Of a stretch of 64,000 nt of DNA, positions 25,501 to 40,600 are shown piece after piece. Below the pieces are notes generated by a model that was not told the DNA's origin, searched no databases, and saw nothing but the letters and a program-made list of their open reading frames with translations. Source of the DNA: the human T2T-CHM13v2.0 reference genome, Homo sapiens; assembly GCF_009914755.1 (NCBI RefSeq), contig NC_060948.1; one strand, 5' to 3'. The first letter of the stretch is position 1; each line of letters begins with the position of its first letter. The position numbers and the translations under genes were made by a program.

Positions 25501-28500
25501 GAAGAAAACTGGCAAGAAATGGAATCGAAATGAATGGAGTGTTATGGAACGGACTCAAAAGGAATTGAATGTAATAGAATGGAGTGGAGTGGACTCGAAT
25601 ATAATGGACTGGAATGGAATGAAATCACATGGAATGGGAACGAATGGAATGGAATGGAAAGGAATGGAATCGAATGGAAAGGAATCGAATGGAAGGGAAT
25701 GAAATTGAATCAACACGAATGGAAGGGAATAGAATAGACTGTAATGGAATGGACTCGAATAGAATGGACACGAATGCTCAAATTAAATGGACTCGAATGG
25801 AATGGAAACGAAAGGAATGTCATCGAATGGAATTGAATCGATTGGAATGAAATCGCATAGAATGGAGTGGAATCAAATGGAATTGAATCGAAAGGAAAGG
25901 AAGCGAATGGACTGAAATGAAATGGAATGGAATTGAATGGAAAGTAATGCAATGGAATAGAATGGAACGAAATTTCACGGAATGGAATCAAACTGAATGG
26001 AATCAAATCAATGGAATCAAATCAAATGGAATGGAAAGGAATTGAATGGAGTAGATGGGATTGGATGGGATTGGAATGAAATGTACTGGAAAGGACTCGA
26101 ATTTCATGAAACGGAATGGAATGAATTGGAACGGAATGGACTCGAATGGAATGGAATGTCATGGGATGGCATCAAATGGAATGGCATCAAATGGAATGGA
26201 ATCGAATGCAATGGAATGCTATGGAATGGAATGGAATGCATTGGAATGGAATGTCCTCTAATGGAATGGATTCGAGTGGAATGGAATTGAATATAATGGA
26301 GTCGAATGAAATGGAATTGAAAGGAATGGGATCGAATACAATGGAATATACAGGAATGTAACGTAATGAACTCGAATGTAATTGACTGGAATGGAATGTA
26401 CATGAATGGAATGTAATCGAATGGAAAGTAATCCAATGGAATAGAATCTAATGCAATAAAATCGACTCAGATAGAGTAGAATGTAATGGAATGGAGTGCA
26501 GTGCAATGGAATGGAATGGAATGGAATGCAATGGAATGGAATGGAATGGAATGGAATGGAATGGAATGGAATGGGATGGAATGGTATGGAATGGATAGTA
26601 ATGGACTGGAGTGAAATGGACTGGAAAGGAATGGACTCAAATTGAAAGGTCTCGAAAGGAATGGAGTCAAATGGAATGGTCTGGAATGGAATGAACACGA
26701 ATGTAATGCAACCCAATAGAATGGAATCGAATGGCATGGAATATAAAGAAATGGAATCGAAGAGAATGGAAACAAATGGAATGGAATTGAATGGAATGGA
26801 ATTGAATGGAATGGGAACGAATGGAGTGAAATTGTATGCAGTAGAAGAGAATAGAATGGAATGCAAGCGAAAGGAAAGGAATGGATTGGAATGGAATGGA
26901 ATTCATTGGAATGGAAGGGAATGTAGTGTAATGGACAGGCCTGGAATAAAGTGGAATGCTACGGTCTCGAATGGAATAAAAATGTATGGAATGGAATGCA
27001 ATGAAACGGAATCGAATGTCATAGAATGTACTGGAATGCAAAAAAATGGAATCCAAAATCATTGACTGGAAAGGCTGGGTGTCGAAAGGAATTGACTCCA
27101 ATGGAATGGAATCGAATGGAATGGAAGTGAATAGAATCGAACTAAATCGAATGGAATGGAATTGATAGGAACGGAATGGAAAGGAATGCAATGATTTGGC
27201 ATGGAATGGAATCGAATGGCATCGAATGGAATGGAATGGAATGCAATGGAATGGAATGTATTAGAATGTAATGAACTTTAATGGAATGTACTCGAATGGA
27301 TTCGACTGGAATGGAATGTTCTGGAAGTGAATGGACTCCAATGGAATGGATTCAAAAGGAATGGAATCGTACGGAATGGAATCTAATGGAATGGAATTAA
27401 ATGGAAATGAATCAAATTGAATAGCACGGAATTGAATTGAATGGAATGGAATGCAATGGAATCTAATGAAACGGAAAGGAAAGGAATGGAATGGAATGGA
27501 ATGGGCTGGAATGGAAAGGAATCGAAACGAATGGAATGGAATCGAAGTGAAGAGACTGGAATGGAATGCACTGGAATGGAAGGGAGTGTAATGGAAGGTT
27601 CTCGAAAAAAATGGAATGGAATGGAATGGAATTGAATGGAACGGAATAGAGTCGAATGGAATTGAATGGAATGGAATGGACTAGAGTGAAATGGAATCGA
27701 ACCACAAGGAATGGACAGGAATAGAATGGTCTCGAATTGAATGGAATCGTATGGAATGGCATCAAACGGAATGGAATGGACAGCCACGGAGTGGAATACA
27801 CTCGAATGCAATGGAGTCGAAACTAATGGACTGGAATAGAATGGACTCGACTGGTACGGACTCCAATGGAATGGAATCGAATGGAAGGGAATCGAACGGA
27901 AGGGAATCGAACGGAATGGACTCGAAGGGAAAAGACTGCAATGGAAAGGTCTCGAATGGAATGGAAATTAATGGAATGGAATGGAATCGAATGAAATGGA
28001 GTCAAAAGGAATGGAATCGAATGGCAAGAAATCGAATGTAATGGAATCGCCAGGAATTGATGTGAACGGAACGGAATGGAATGGAATCCAAAGGAATGGA
28101 ATAGAATGGAATGGAATCGAATGGAAAGGACTCGAATGGAAATCACTCGAATAGAATGCAATTTAATAAAATAGGATCAAATGTAATGGAATGGAATGGA
28201 AAGGAATCGAAACGAAAGGAATGGAGACAGATGGAATGGAATGGAACAGAGAGCAATGGTATAGAATGGAATGGAATCATCTGGAATGGAATTGAATGGA
28301 ATGGAATAATATGAAATGGAATGGAATGGAATGGAATGGAATGCCCTTGAATTAAATGGACTGGAATGGAATGGACTCAAACAGAGTGGAATGGAAAGTG
28401 TGGAGATAGAATGGAATGAACTCCTTTGGAATGGTGTAGTATGCAATGCAATCGACTGGCAGGGAATCAAAAGGAATGTAATCGAATGGATTGGACTGGA

Positions 28501-31500
28501 ATGCAATGGACTCGAATAGATTGGAAACGGAATGCAAAGGAATGGAATGGAATAGTATGGAATGCAATGGAAGGGAATGGAGTGGAATAGACTAGAGTGG
28601 AATGGAATGGACTGGAAAGCAATGGACTGGAATGGAACTTTCTTGGATGGACTGGAATCAAACGGAATGGAATGCAATGCAATCAAATGGCATGGAATAA
28701 AATAGAATGAAAGAGAATCAAATGGAATTGAATCGAATGGAATCGAATGGATTGGAAAGGAATAGAATGGAATGGAATGGAATGGACTCAAATGGAATGG
28801 ACTAGAATGGAATGGATTCGAATGGAAGGCAAAGGAATGGAATCTATTGGAATGGACTGTAATGGAATGGAATGGAAGGGATTGGAATGGACTCGAATGG
28901 AATGGACTGCAATAGAAAGGATTCGAATGGAATGAAAAAGAATTGAATGGAATAGAACAGAATGGAATCAAATCGAATGAAATGGAATAGAATAGAAAGG
29001 AATGGAATGAAATGGAATGGAAAGGATTCGAATGGAATGCAATCGAATGGAATGGAATCGAACGGAATGGAATAAAATGGAAGAAAACTGGCAAGAAATG
29101 GAATCGAAATGAATGGAGTGTTATGGAACGGACTCAAAAGGAATTGAATGTAATAGAATGGAGTGGAGTGGACTCGAATATAATGGACTGGAATGGAATG
29201 AAATCACATGGAATGGGAAAGAATGGAATGGAATGGAAAGGAATGGAATCGAATGGAAAGGAATCGAATGGAAGGGAATGAAATTGAATCAACACGAATG
29301 GAAGGGAATAGAATAGACGGTAATGGAATGGACTCGAATAGAATGGACACGAATGCTCAAATTGAATGGACTCGAATGGAATGGAAACGAAAGGAATGTC
29401 ATCGAATGGAATTGAATCGATTGGAATGAAATCGCATAGAATGGAGTGGAATCAAATGGAATTGAATCGAAAGGAAAGGAAGCGAATGGACTGAAATGAA
29501 ATGGAATGGAATTGAATGGAAAGTAATGCAATGGAATAGAATGGAACGAAATTTCACGGAATGGAATCAAACTGAATGGAATCAAATCAATGGAATCAAA
29601 TCAAATGGAATGGAGTAGATGGGATTGGATGGGATTGGAATGAAATGTACTGGAAAGGACTCGAATTTCATGAAACGGAATGGAATGAATTGGAACGGAA
29701 TGGACTCGAATGGAATGGAATGTCATGGGATGGCATCAAATGGAATGACATCAAATGGAATGGAATCGAATGCAATGGAATGCTATGGAATGGAATGGAA
29801 TGCATTGGAATGGAATGTCCGCTAATGGAATGGATTCGAGTGGAATGGAATTGAATATAATGGAGTCGAATGAAATGGAATTGAAAGGAATGGGATCGAA
29901 TACAATGGAATATACTGGAATGTAACGTAATGAACTCGAATGTAATTGACTGGAATGGAATGTACATGAATGGAATGTAATCGAATGGAAAGTAATCCAA
30001 TGGAATAGAATCTAATGCAATAAAATCGACTCAGATAGAGTAGAATGTAATGGAATGGAGTGCAGTGCAATGGAATGGAATGGAATGGAATGCAATGGAA
30101 TGGAATGGAATGGAATGGAATGGAATGGAATGGAATGGAATGGGATGGAATGGTATGGAATGGATAGTAATGGACTGGAGTGAAATGGACTGGAAAGGAA
30201 TGGACTCAAATTGAAAGGGCTCGAAAGGAATGGAGTCAAATGGAATGGTCTGGAATGGAATGAACACGAATGTAATGCAACCCAATAGAATGGAATCGAA
30301 TGGCATGGAATATAAAGAAATGGAATCGAAGAGAATGGAAACAAATGGAATGGAATTGAATGGAATGGAATTGAATGGAATGGGAACGAATGGAGTGAAA
30401 TTGTATGCAGTAGAAGAGAATAGAATGGAATGCAAGCGAAAGGAAAGGAATGGATTGGAATGGAATGGAATTCATTGGAATGGAAGGGAATGTAGTGTAA
30501 TGGACAGGCCTGGAATAAAGTGGAATGCTACGGTCTCGAATGGAATAAAAATGTATGGAATGGAATGCAATGAAACGGAATCGAATGTCATAGAATGTAA
30601 TGGAATGCAAAAAAATGGAATCCAAAATCATTGACTGGAAAGGCTGGGTGTCGAAAGGAATTGACTCCAATGGAATGGAATCGAATGGAATGGAAGTGAA
30701 TAGAATCGAACTAAATCGAATGGAATGGAATTGATAGGAACGGAATGGAAAGGAATGCAATGATTTGGCATGGAATGGAATCGAATGGCATCGAATGGAA
30801 TGGAATGGAATGCAATGGAATGGAATGTATTAGAATGTAATGAACTTTAATGGAATGTACTCGAATGGATTCGACTGGAATGGAATGTTCTGGAAGTGAA
30901 TGGACTCCAATGGAATGGATTCAAAAGGAATGGAATCGTACGGAATGGAATCTAATGGAATGGAATTAAATGGAAATGAATCAAATTGAATAGCACGGAA
31001 TTGAATTGAATGGAATGGAATGCAATGGAATCTAATGAAACGGAAAGGAAAGGAATGGAATGGAATGGAATGGGCTGGAATGGAAAGGAATCGAAACGAA
31101 TGGAATGGAATCGAACTGAAGAGACTGGAATGGAATGCACTGGAATGGAAGGGAGTGTAATGGAAGGTTGTCGAAAAAAATGGAATCGAATGGAATGGAA
31201 TTGAATGGAACGGAATAGAGTCGAATGGAATTGAATGGAATGGAATGGACTAGAGTGAAATGGAATCGAACCACAAGGAATGGACAGGAATAGAATGGTC
31301 TCGAATTGAATGGAATCGTATGGAATGGCATCAAACGGAATGGAATGGACAGCCACGGAATGGAATGCACTCGAATGCAATGGAGTCGAAACTAATGGAC
31401 TGGAATAGAATGGACTCGACTGGTACGGACTCCAATGGAATGGAATCGAATGGAAGGGAATCGAACGGAAGGGAATCGAACGGAATGGACTCGAAGGGAA

Positions 31501-34500
31501 AAGACTGCAATGGAAAGGTCTCGAATGGAATGGAAATTAATGGAATGGAATGGAATCGAATGAAATGGAGTCAAAAGGAATGGAATCGAATGGCAAGAAA
31601 TCGAATGTAATGGAATCGCCAGGAATTGATGTGAACGGAACGGAATGGAATGGAATCCAAAGGAATGGAATAGAATGGAATGGAATCGAATGGAAAGGAC
31701 TCGAATGGAAATCACTCGAATAGAATGCAATTTAATAAAATAGGATCAAATGTAATGGAATGGAATGGAAAGGAATCGAAACGAAAGGAATGGAGACAGA
31801 TGGAATGGAATGGAACAGAGAGCAATGGTATAGAATGGAATGGAATCATCTGGAATGGAATTGAATGGAATGGAATAATATGAAATGGAATGGAATGGAA
31901 TGGAATGGAATGGAATGCCCTTGAATTAAATGGACTGGAATGGAATGGACTCAAACAGAGTGGAATGGAAAGTGTGGAGATAGAATGGAATGAACTCCTT
32001 TGGAATGGTGTAGTATGCAATGCAATCGACTGGCAGGGAATCAAAAGGTATGTAATCGAATGGATTGGACTGGAATGCAAAGGACTCGAATAGATTGGAA
32101 ACGGAATGCAAAGGAATGGAATGGAATAGTATGGAATGCAATGGAAGGGAATGGAGTGGAATAGACTAGAGTGGAATGGAATGGACTGGAAAGCAATGGA
32201 CTGGAATGGAACATTCTTGGATGGACTGGAATCAAACGGAATGGAATGCAGTGCAATCAAATGGCATGGAATAAAATAGAATGAAAGAGAATCAAATGGA
32301 ATTGAATCGAATGGAATCGAATGGATTGGAAAGGAATAGAATGGAATGGAATGGAATGGACTCAAATGGAATGGACTAGAATGGAATGGATTCGAATGGA
32401 AGGCAAAGGAATGGAATCTATTGGAATGGACTGTAATGGAATGGAATGGAAGGGATTGGAATGGACTCGAATGGAATGGACTGCAATAGAAAGGATTCGA
32501 ATGGAATGAAAAAGAATTGAATGGAATAGAACAGAATGGAATGAAATCGAATGAAATGGAATGGAATAGAAAGGAATGGAATGAAATGGAATGGAAAGGA
32601 TTCGAATGGAATGCAATCGAATGGAATGGAATCGAACGGAATGGAATAAAATGGAAGAAAACTGGCAAGAAATGGAATCGAAATGAATGGAGTGTTATGG
32701 AACGGACTCAAAAGGAATTGAATGTAATAGAATGGAGTGGAGTGGACTCGAATATAATGGACTGGAATGGAATGAAATCACATGGAATGGGAACGAATGG
32801 AATGGAATGGAAAGGAATGGAATCGAATGGAAAGGAATCGAATGGAAGGGAATGAAATTGAATCAACACGAATGGAAGGGAATAGAATAGACTGTAATGG
32901 AATGGACTCGAATAGAATGGACACGAATGCTCAAATTAAATGGACTCGAATGGAATGGAAACGAAAGGAATGTCATCGAATGGAATTGAATCGATTGGAA
33001 TGAAATCGCATAGAATGGAGTGGAATCAAATGGAATTGAATCGAAAGGAAAGGAAGCGAATGGACTGAAATGAAATGGAATGGAATTGAATGGAAAGTAA
33101 TGCAATGGAATAGAATGGAACGAAATTTCACGGAATGGAATCAAACTGAATGGAATCAAATCAATGGAATCAAATCAAATGGAATGGAAAGGAATTGAAT
33201 GGAGTAGATGGGATTGGATGGGATTGGAATGAAATGTACTGGAAAGGACTCGAATTTCATGAAACGGAATGGAATGAATTGGAACGGAATGGACTCGAAT
33301 GGAATGGAATGTCATGGGATGGCATCAAATGGAATGGCATCAAATGGAATGGAATCGAATGCAATGGAATGCTATGGAATGGAATGGAATGCATTGGAAT
33401 GGAATGTCCTCTAATGGAATGGATTCGAGTGGAATGGAATTGAATATAATGGAGTCGAATGAAATGGAATTGAAAGGAATGGGATCGAATACAATGGAAT
33501 ATACAGGAATGTAACGTAATGAACTCGAATGTAATTGACTGGAATGGAATGTACATGAATGGAATGTAATCGAATGGAAAGTAATCCAATGGAATAGAAT
33601 CTAATGCAATAAAATCGACTCAGATAGAGTAGAATGTAATGGAATGGAGTGCAGTGCAATGGAATGGAATGGAATGGAATGCAATGGAATGGAATGGAAT
33701 GGAATGGAATGGAATGGAATGGAATGGAATGACATGGGATGGAATGGTATGGAATGGATAGTAATGGACTGGAGTGAAATGGACTGGAAAGGAATGGACT
33801 CAAATTGAAAGGGCTCGAAAGGAATGGAGTCAAATGGAATGGTCTGGAATGGAATGAACACGAATGTAATGCAACCCAATAGAATGGAATCGAATGGCAT
33901 GGAATATAAAGAAATGGAATCGAAGAGAATGGAAACAAATGGAATGGAATTGAATGGAATGGAATTGAATGGAATGGGAAGGAATGGAGTGAAATTGTAT
34001 GCAGTAGAAGAGAATAGAATGGAATGCAAGCGAAAGGAAAGGAATGGATTGGAATGGAATGCAATTCATTGGAATGGAAGGGAATGTAGTGTAATGGACA
34101 GGCCTGGAATAAAGTGGAATGCTACGGTCTCGAATGGAATAAAAATGTATGGAATGGAATGCAATGAAACGGAATCGAATGTCATAGAATGTACTGGAAT
34201 GCAAAAAAATGGAATCCAAAATCATTGACTGGAAAGGCTGGGTGTCGAAAGGAATTGACTCCAATGGAATGGAATTGAATGGAATGGAAGTGAATAGAAT
34301 CGAACTAAATCGAATGGAATGGAATTGATAGGAACGGAATGGAAAGGAATGCAATGATTTGGCATGGAATGGAATCGAATGGCATCGAATGGAATGGAAT
34401 GGAATGCAATGGAATGGAATGTATTAGAATGTAATGAACTTTAATGGAATGTACTCGAATGGATTCGACTGGAATGGAATGTTCCGGAAGTGAATGGACT

Positions 34501-34970
34501 CCAATGGAATGGATTCAAAAGGAATGGAATCGTACGGAATGGAATCTAATGGAATGGAATTAAATGGAAATGAATCAAATTGAATAGCACGGAATTGAAT
34601 TGAATGGAATGGAATGCAATGGAATCTAATGAAACGGAAAGGAAAGGAATGGAATGGAATGGAATGGGCTGGAATGGAAAGGAATCGAAACGAATGGAAT
34701 GGAATCGAAGTGAAGAGACTGGAATGGAATGCACTGGAATGGAAGGGAGTGTAATGGAAGGTTCTCGAAAAAAATGGAATCGAATGGAATGGAATTGAAT
34801 GGAACGGAATAGAGTCGAATGGAATTGAATGGAATGGAATGGACTAGAGTGAAATGGAATCGAACCACAAGGAATGGACAGGAATAGAATGGTCTCGAAT
34901 TGAATGGAATCGTATGGAATGGCATCAAACGGAATGGAATGGACAGCCACGGAATGGAATACACTCGAAT
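22590..34970 (+). repeat. Two-unit (~7.15-7.16 kb) tandem duplication: ~22.6-27.8 kb matches ~29.7-35.0 kb
   Basis: Shared variants: GGTTGTCG (24017/31170), an extra pentamer before GCCCTTG (~24760/~31910), ATGTACTGG (~27030/~34195), ATACACTCG (~27800/~34961), ATATACAGG (~26350/~33505). Confidence 0.75.
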
Positions 34971-37699
34971 GCAATGGAGTCGAAACTAATGGACTGGAAT
35001 AGAATGGACTCGACTGGTACGGACTCCAATGGAATGGAATCGAATGGAAGGGAATCGAACGGAAGGGAATCGAACGGAATGGACTCGAAGGGAAAAGACT
35101 GCAATGGAAAGGTCTCGAATGGAATGGAAATTAATGGAATGGAATGGAATCGAATGAAATGGAGTCAAAAGGAATGGAATCGAATGGCAAGAAATCGAAT
35201 GTAATGGAATCGCCAGGAATTGATGTGAACGGAACGGAATGGAATGGAATCCAAAGGAATGGAATAGAATGGAATGGAATCGAATGGAAAGGACTCGAAT
35301 GGAAATCACTCGAATAGAATGCAATTTAATAAAATAGGATCAAATGTAATGGAATGGAATGGAAAGGAATCGAAACGAAAGGAATGGAGACAGATGGAAT
35401 GGAATGGAACAGAGAGCAATGGTATAGAATGGAATGGAATCATCTGGAATGGAATTGAATGGAATGGAATAATATGAAATGGAATGGAATGGAATGGAAT
35501 GGAATGCCCTTGAATTAAATGGACTGGACTCGAACAGAGTGGAATGGAAAGTGTTGAGATAGAATGGAATGGACTCCTTTGGAATGGTGTAGTATGCAAT
35601 GCAATCGACTGGCAGGGAATCAAAAGGAATGTAATCGAATGGATTGGACTGGAATGCAATGGACTCGAATAGATTGGAAACGGAATGCAAAGGAATGGAA
35701 TGGAATAGTATGGAATGCAATGGAAGGGAATGGAGTGGAATAGACTAGAGTGGAATGGAATGGACTGGAAAGCAATGGACTGGAATGGAACTTTCTTGGA
35801 TGGATTGGAATCAAACGGAATGGAATGCAATGCAATCAAATGGCATGGAATAAAATAGAATGAAAGAGAATCAAATGGAATTGAATCAAATGGAATCGAA
35901 TGGATTGGAAAGGAATAGAATGGAATGGAATGGAATTGACTCAAATGGAATGGACTAGAATGGAATGGATTCGAATGGAAGGCAAAGGAATGGAATCTAT
36001 TGGAATGGACTGTAATGGAATGGAATGGAAGGGATTGGAATGGACTCGAATGGAATGGACTGCAATAGAAAGGATTCGAATGGAATGAAAAAGAATTGAA
36101 TGGAATAGAACAGAATGGAATGAAATCGAATGAAATGGAATGGAATAGAAAGGAATGGAATGAAATGGAATGGAAAGGATTCGAATGGAATGCAATCGAA
36201 TGGAATGGAATCGAACGGAATGGAATAAAATGGAAGAAAACTGGCAAGAAATGGAATCGAAATGAATGGAGTGTTATGGAACGGACTCAAAAGGAATTGA
36301 ATGTAATAGAATGGAGTGGAGTGGACTCCAATATAATGGACTGGAATGGAATGAAATCACACGGAATGGGAACGAATGGAATGGAATGGAAAGGAATGGA
36401 ATTGAATGAAAAGGAATCGAATGGAAGGGAATGAAATTGAATCAACAGGAATGGAAGGGAATAGAATAGACTGTAATGCAATGGACTCGAATAGAATGGA
36501 CACGAATGCTCAAATTAAATGGACTCGAATGGAATGGAAACGAAAGGAATGTCATCGAATGGAATTGAATCGATTGGAATGAAATCGCATAGAATGGAGT
36601 GGAATCAAATGGATTTGAATCGAAAGGAAAGGAAGCGAATGGACTGAAATGAAATGGAATGGAATTGAATGGAAAGTAATGCAATGGAATAGAATGGAAC
36701 GAAATTTCACGGAATGGAATCAAACTGAATGGAATCAAATCAATGGAATCAAATCAAATGGAATGGAAAGGAATTGAATGGAGTAGATGGGATTGGATGG
36801 GATTGGAATGAAATGTACTGGAAAGGACTCGAATTTCATGAAACGGAATGGAATGAATTGGAACGGAATGGACTCGAATGGAATGGAATGTCATGGGATG
36901 GCATCAAATGGAATGGCATCAAATGGAATGGAATCGAATGCAATGGAATGCTATGGAATGGAATGGAATGCATTGGAATGGAATGTCCTCTAATGGAATG
37001 GATTCGAGTGGAATGGAATTGAATATAATGGAGTCGAATGAAATGGAATTGAAAGGAATGGGATCGAATAAAATGGAATATACTGGAATGTAACGTAATG
37101 AACTCGAATGTAATTGACTGGAATGGAATGTACATGAATGGAATGTAATCGAATGGAAAGTAATCCAATGGAATAGAATCTAATGCAATAAAATCGACTC
37201 AGATAGAGTAGAATGTAATGGAATGGAGTGCAGTGCAATGGAATGGAATGGAATGGAATGCAATGGAATGGAATGGAATGGAATGGAATGGAATGGAATG
37301 GAATGGAATGGGATGGAATGGTATGGAATGGATAGTAATGGACTGGAGTGAAATGGACTGGAAAGGAATGGACTCAAATTGAAAGGTCTCGAAAGGAATG
37401 GAGTCAAATGGAATGGTCTGGAATGGAATGAACACGAATGTAATGCAACCCAATAGAATGGAATCGAATGGCATGGAATATAAAGAAATGGAATCGAAGA
37501 GAATGGAAACAAATGGAATGGAATTGAATGGAATGGAATTGAATGGAATGGGAACGAATGGAGTGAAATTGTATGCAGTAGAAGAGAATAGAATGGAATG
37601 CAAGCGAAAGGAAAGGAATGGATTGGAATGGAATGGAATTCATTGGAATGGAAGGGAATGTAGTGTAATGGACAGGCCTGGAATAAAGTGGAATGCTAC

Positions 37700-40600
37700 G
37701 GTCTCGAATGGAATAAAAATGTATGGAATGGAAGGCAATGAAACGGAATCGAATGTCATAGAATGTAATGGAATGCAAAAAAATGGAATCCAAAATCATT
37801 GACTGGAAAGGCTGGGTGTCGAAAGGAATTGACTCCAATGGAATGGAATCGAATGGAATGGAAGTGAATAGAATCGAACTAAATCGAATGGAATGGAATT
37901 GATAGGAACGGAATGGAAAGGAATGCAATGATTTGGCATGGAATGGAATCGAATGGCATCGAATGGAATGGAATGGAATGCAATGGAATGGAATGTATTA
38001 GAACGTAATGAACTTTAATGGAATGTACTCGAATGGATTCGACTGGAATGGAATGTTCTGGAAGTGAATGGACTCCAATGGAATGGATTCAAAAGGAATG
38101 GAATCGTACGGAATGGAATCTAATGGAATGGAATTAAATGGAAATGAATCAAATTGAATAGCACGGAATTGAATTGAATGGAATGGAATGCAATGGAATC
38201 TAATGAAACGGAAAGGAAAGGAATGGAATGGAATGGAATGGGCTGGAATGGAAAGGAATCGAAACAAATGGAATGGAATCGAAGTGAAGAGACTGGAATG
38301 GAATGCACTGGAATGGAAGGGAGTGTAATGGAAGGTTCTCGAAAAAAATGGAATCGAATGGAATGGAATTGAATGGAACGGAATAGAGTCGAATGGAATT
38401 GAATGGAATGGAATGGACTAGAGTGAAATGGAATCGAACCACAAGGAATGGACAGGAATAGAATGGTCTCGAATTGAATGGAATCGTATGGAATGGCATC
38501 AAACGGAATGGAATGGACAGCCACGGAATGGAATGCACTCGAAAGCAATGGAGTCGAAACTAATGGACTGGAATAGAGTGGACTCGACTGGTACGGACTC
38601 CAATGGAATGGAATCGAATGGAAGGGAATCGAACGGAAGGGAATCGAACGGAATGGACTCGAAGGGAAAAGACTGCAATGGAAAGGTCTCGAATGGAATG
38701 GAAATTAATGGAATGGAATGGAATCGAATGAAATGGAGTCAAAAGGAATGGAATCGAATGGCAAGAAATCGAATGTAATGGAATCGCCAGGAATTGATGT
38801 GAATGGAACGGAATGGAATGGAATCCAAAGGAATGGAATAGAATGGAATGGAATCGAATGGAAAGGACTCGAATGGAAATCACTCGAATAGAATGCAATT
38901 TAATAAAATAGGATCAAATGTAATGGAATGGAATGGAAAGGAATCGAAACGAAAGGAATGGAGACAGATGGAATGGAATGGAACAGAGAGCAATGGTATA
39001 GAATGGAATGGAATCATCTGGAATGGAATTGAATGGAATGGAATAATATGAAATGGAATGGAATGGAATGGAATGGAATGCCCTTGAATTAAATGGACTG
39101 GAATGGAATGGACTCAAACAGAGTGGAATGGAAAGTGTGGAGATAGAATGGAATGAACTCCTTTGGAATGGTGTAGTATGCAATGCAATCGACTGGCAGG
39201 GAATCAAAAGGAATGTAATCGAATGGATTGGACTGGAATGCAATGGACTCGAATAGATTGGAAACGGAATGCAAAGGAATGGAATGGAATAGTATGGAAT
39301 GCAATGGAAGGGAATGGAGTGGAATAGACTAGAGTGGAATGGAATGGACTGGAAAGCAATGGACTGGAATGGAACTTTCTTGGATGGACTGGAATCAAAC
39401 GGAATGGAATGCAATGCAATCAAATGGCATGGAATAAAATAGAATGAAAGAGAATCAAATGGAATTGAATCGAATGGAATCGAATGGATTGGAAAGGAAT
39501 AGAATGGAATGGAATGGAATGGACTCAAATGGAATGGACTAGAATGGAATGGATTCGAATGGAAGGCAAAGGAATGGAATCTATTGGAATGGACTGTAAT
39601 GGAATGGAATGGAAGGGATTGGAATGGACTCGAATGGAATGGACTGCAATAGAAAGGATTCGAATGGAATGAAAAAGAATTGAATGGAATAGAACAGAAT
39701 GGAATCAAATCGAATGAAATGGAATGGAATAGAAAGGAATGGAATGAAATGGAATGGAAAGGATTCGAATGGAATGCAATCGAATGGAATGGAATCGAAC
39801 GGAATGGAAGAAAATGGAAGAAAACTGGCAAGAAATGGAATCGAAATGAATGGAGTGTTATGGAACGGACTCAAAAGGAATTGAATGTAATAGAATGGAG
39901 TGGAGTGGACTCGAATATAATGGACTGGAATGGAATGAAATCACATGGAATGGGAACGAATGGAATGGAATGGAAAGGAATGGAATCGAATGGAAAGGAA
40001 TCGAATGGAAGGGAATGAAATTGAATCAACAGGAATGGAAGGCAATAGAATAGACTGTAATGGAATGGACTCCAATAGAATGGACACGAATGCTCAAATT
40101 AAATGGACTCGAATGGAATGGAAACGAAAGGAATGTCATCGAATGGAATTCAATCGATTGGAATGAAATCGCATAGAATGGAGTGGAATCAAATGGAATT
40201 GAATCGAAAGGAAAGGAAGCGAATGGACTGAAATGAAATGGAATGGAATTGAATGGAAAGTAATGCAATGGAATAGAATGGAACGAAATTTCACGGAATG
40301 GAATCAAACTGAATGGAATCAAATCAATGGAATCAAATCAAATGGAATGGAAAGGAATTGAATGGAGTAGATGGGATTGGATGGGATTGGAATGAAATGT
40401 ACTGGAAAGGACTCGAATTTCATGAAACGGAATGGAATGAATTGGAACGGAATGGACTCGAATGGAATGGAATGTCATGGGATGGCATCAAATGGAATGG
40501 CATCAAATGGAATGGAATCGAATGCAATGGAATGCTATGGAATGGAATGGAATGCATTGGAATGGAATGTCCTCTAATGGAGTGGATTCGAGTGGAATGG

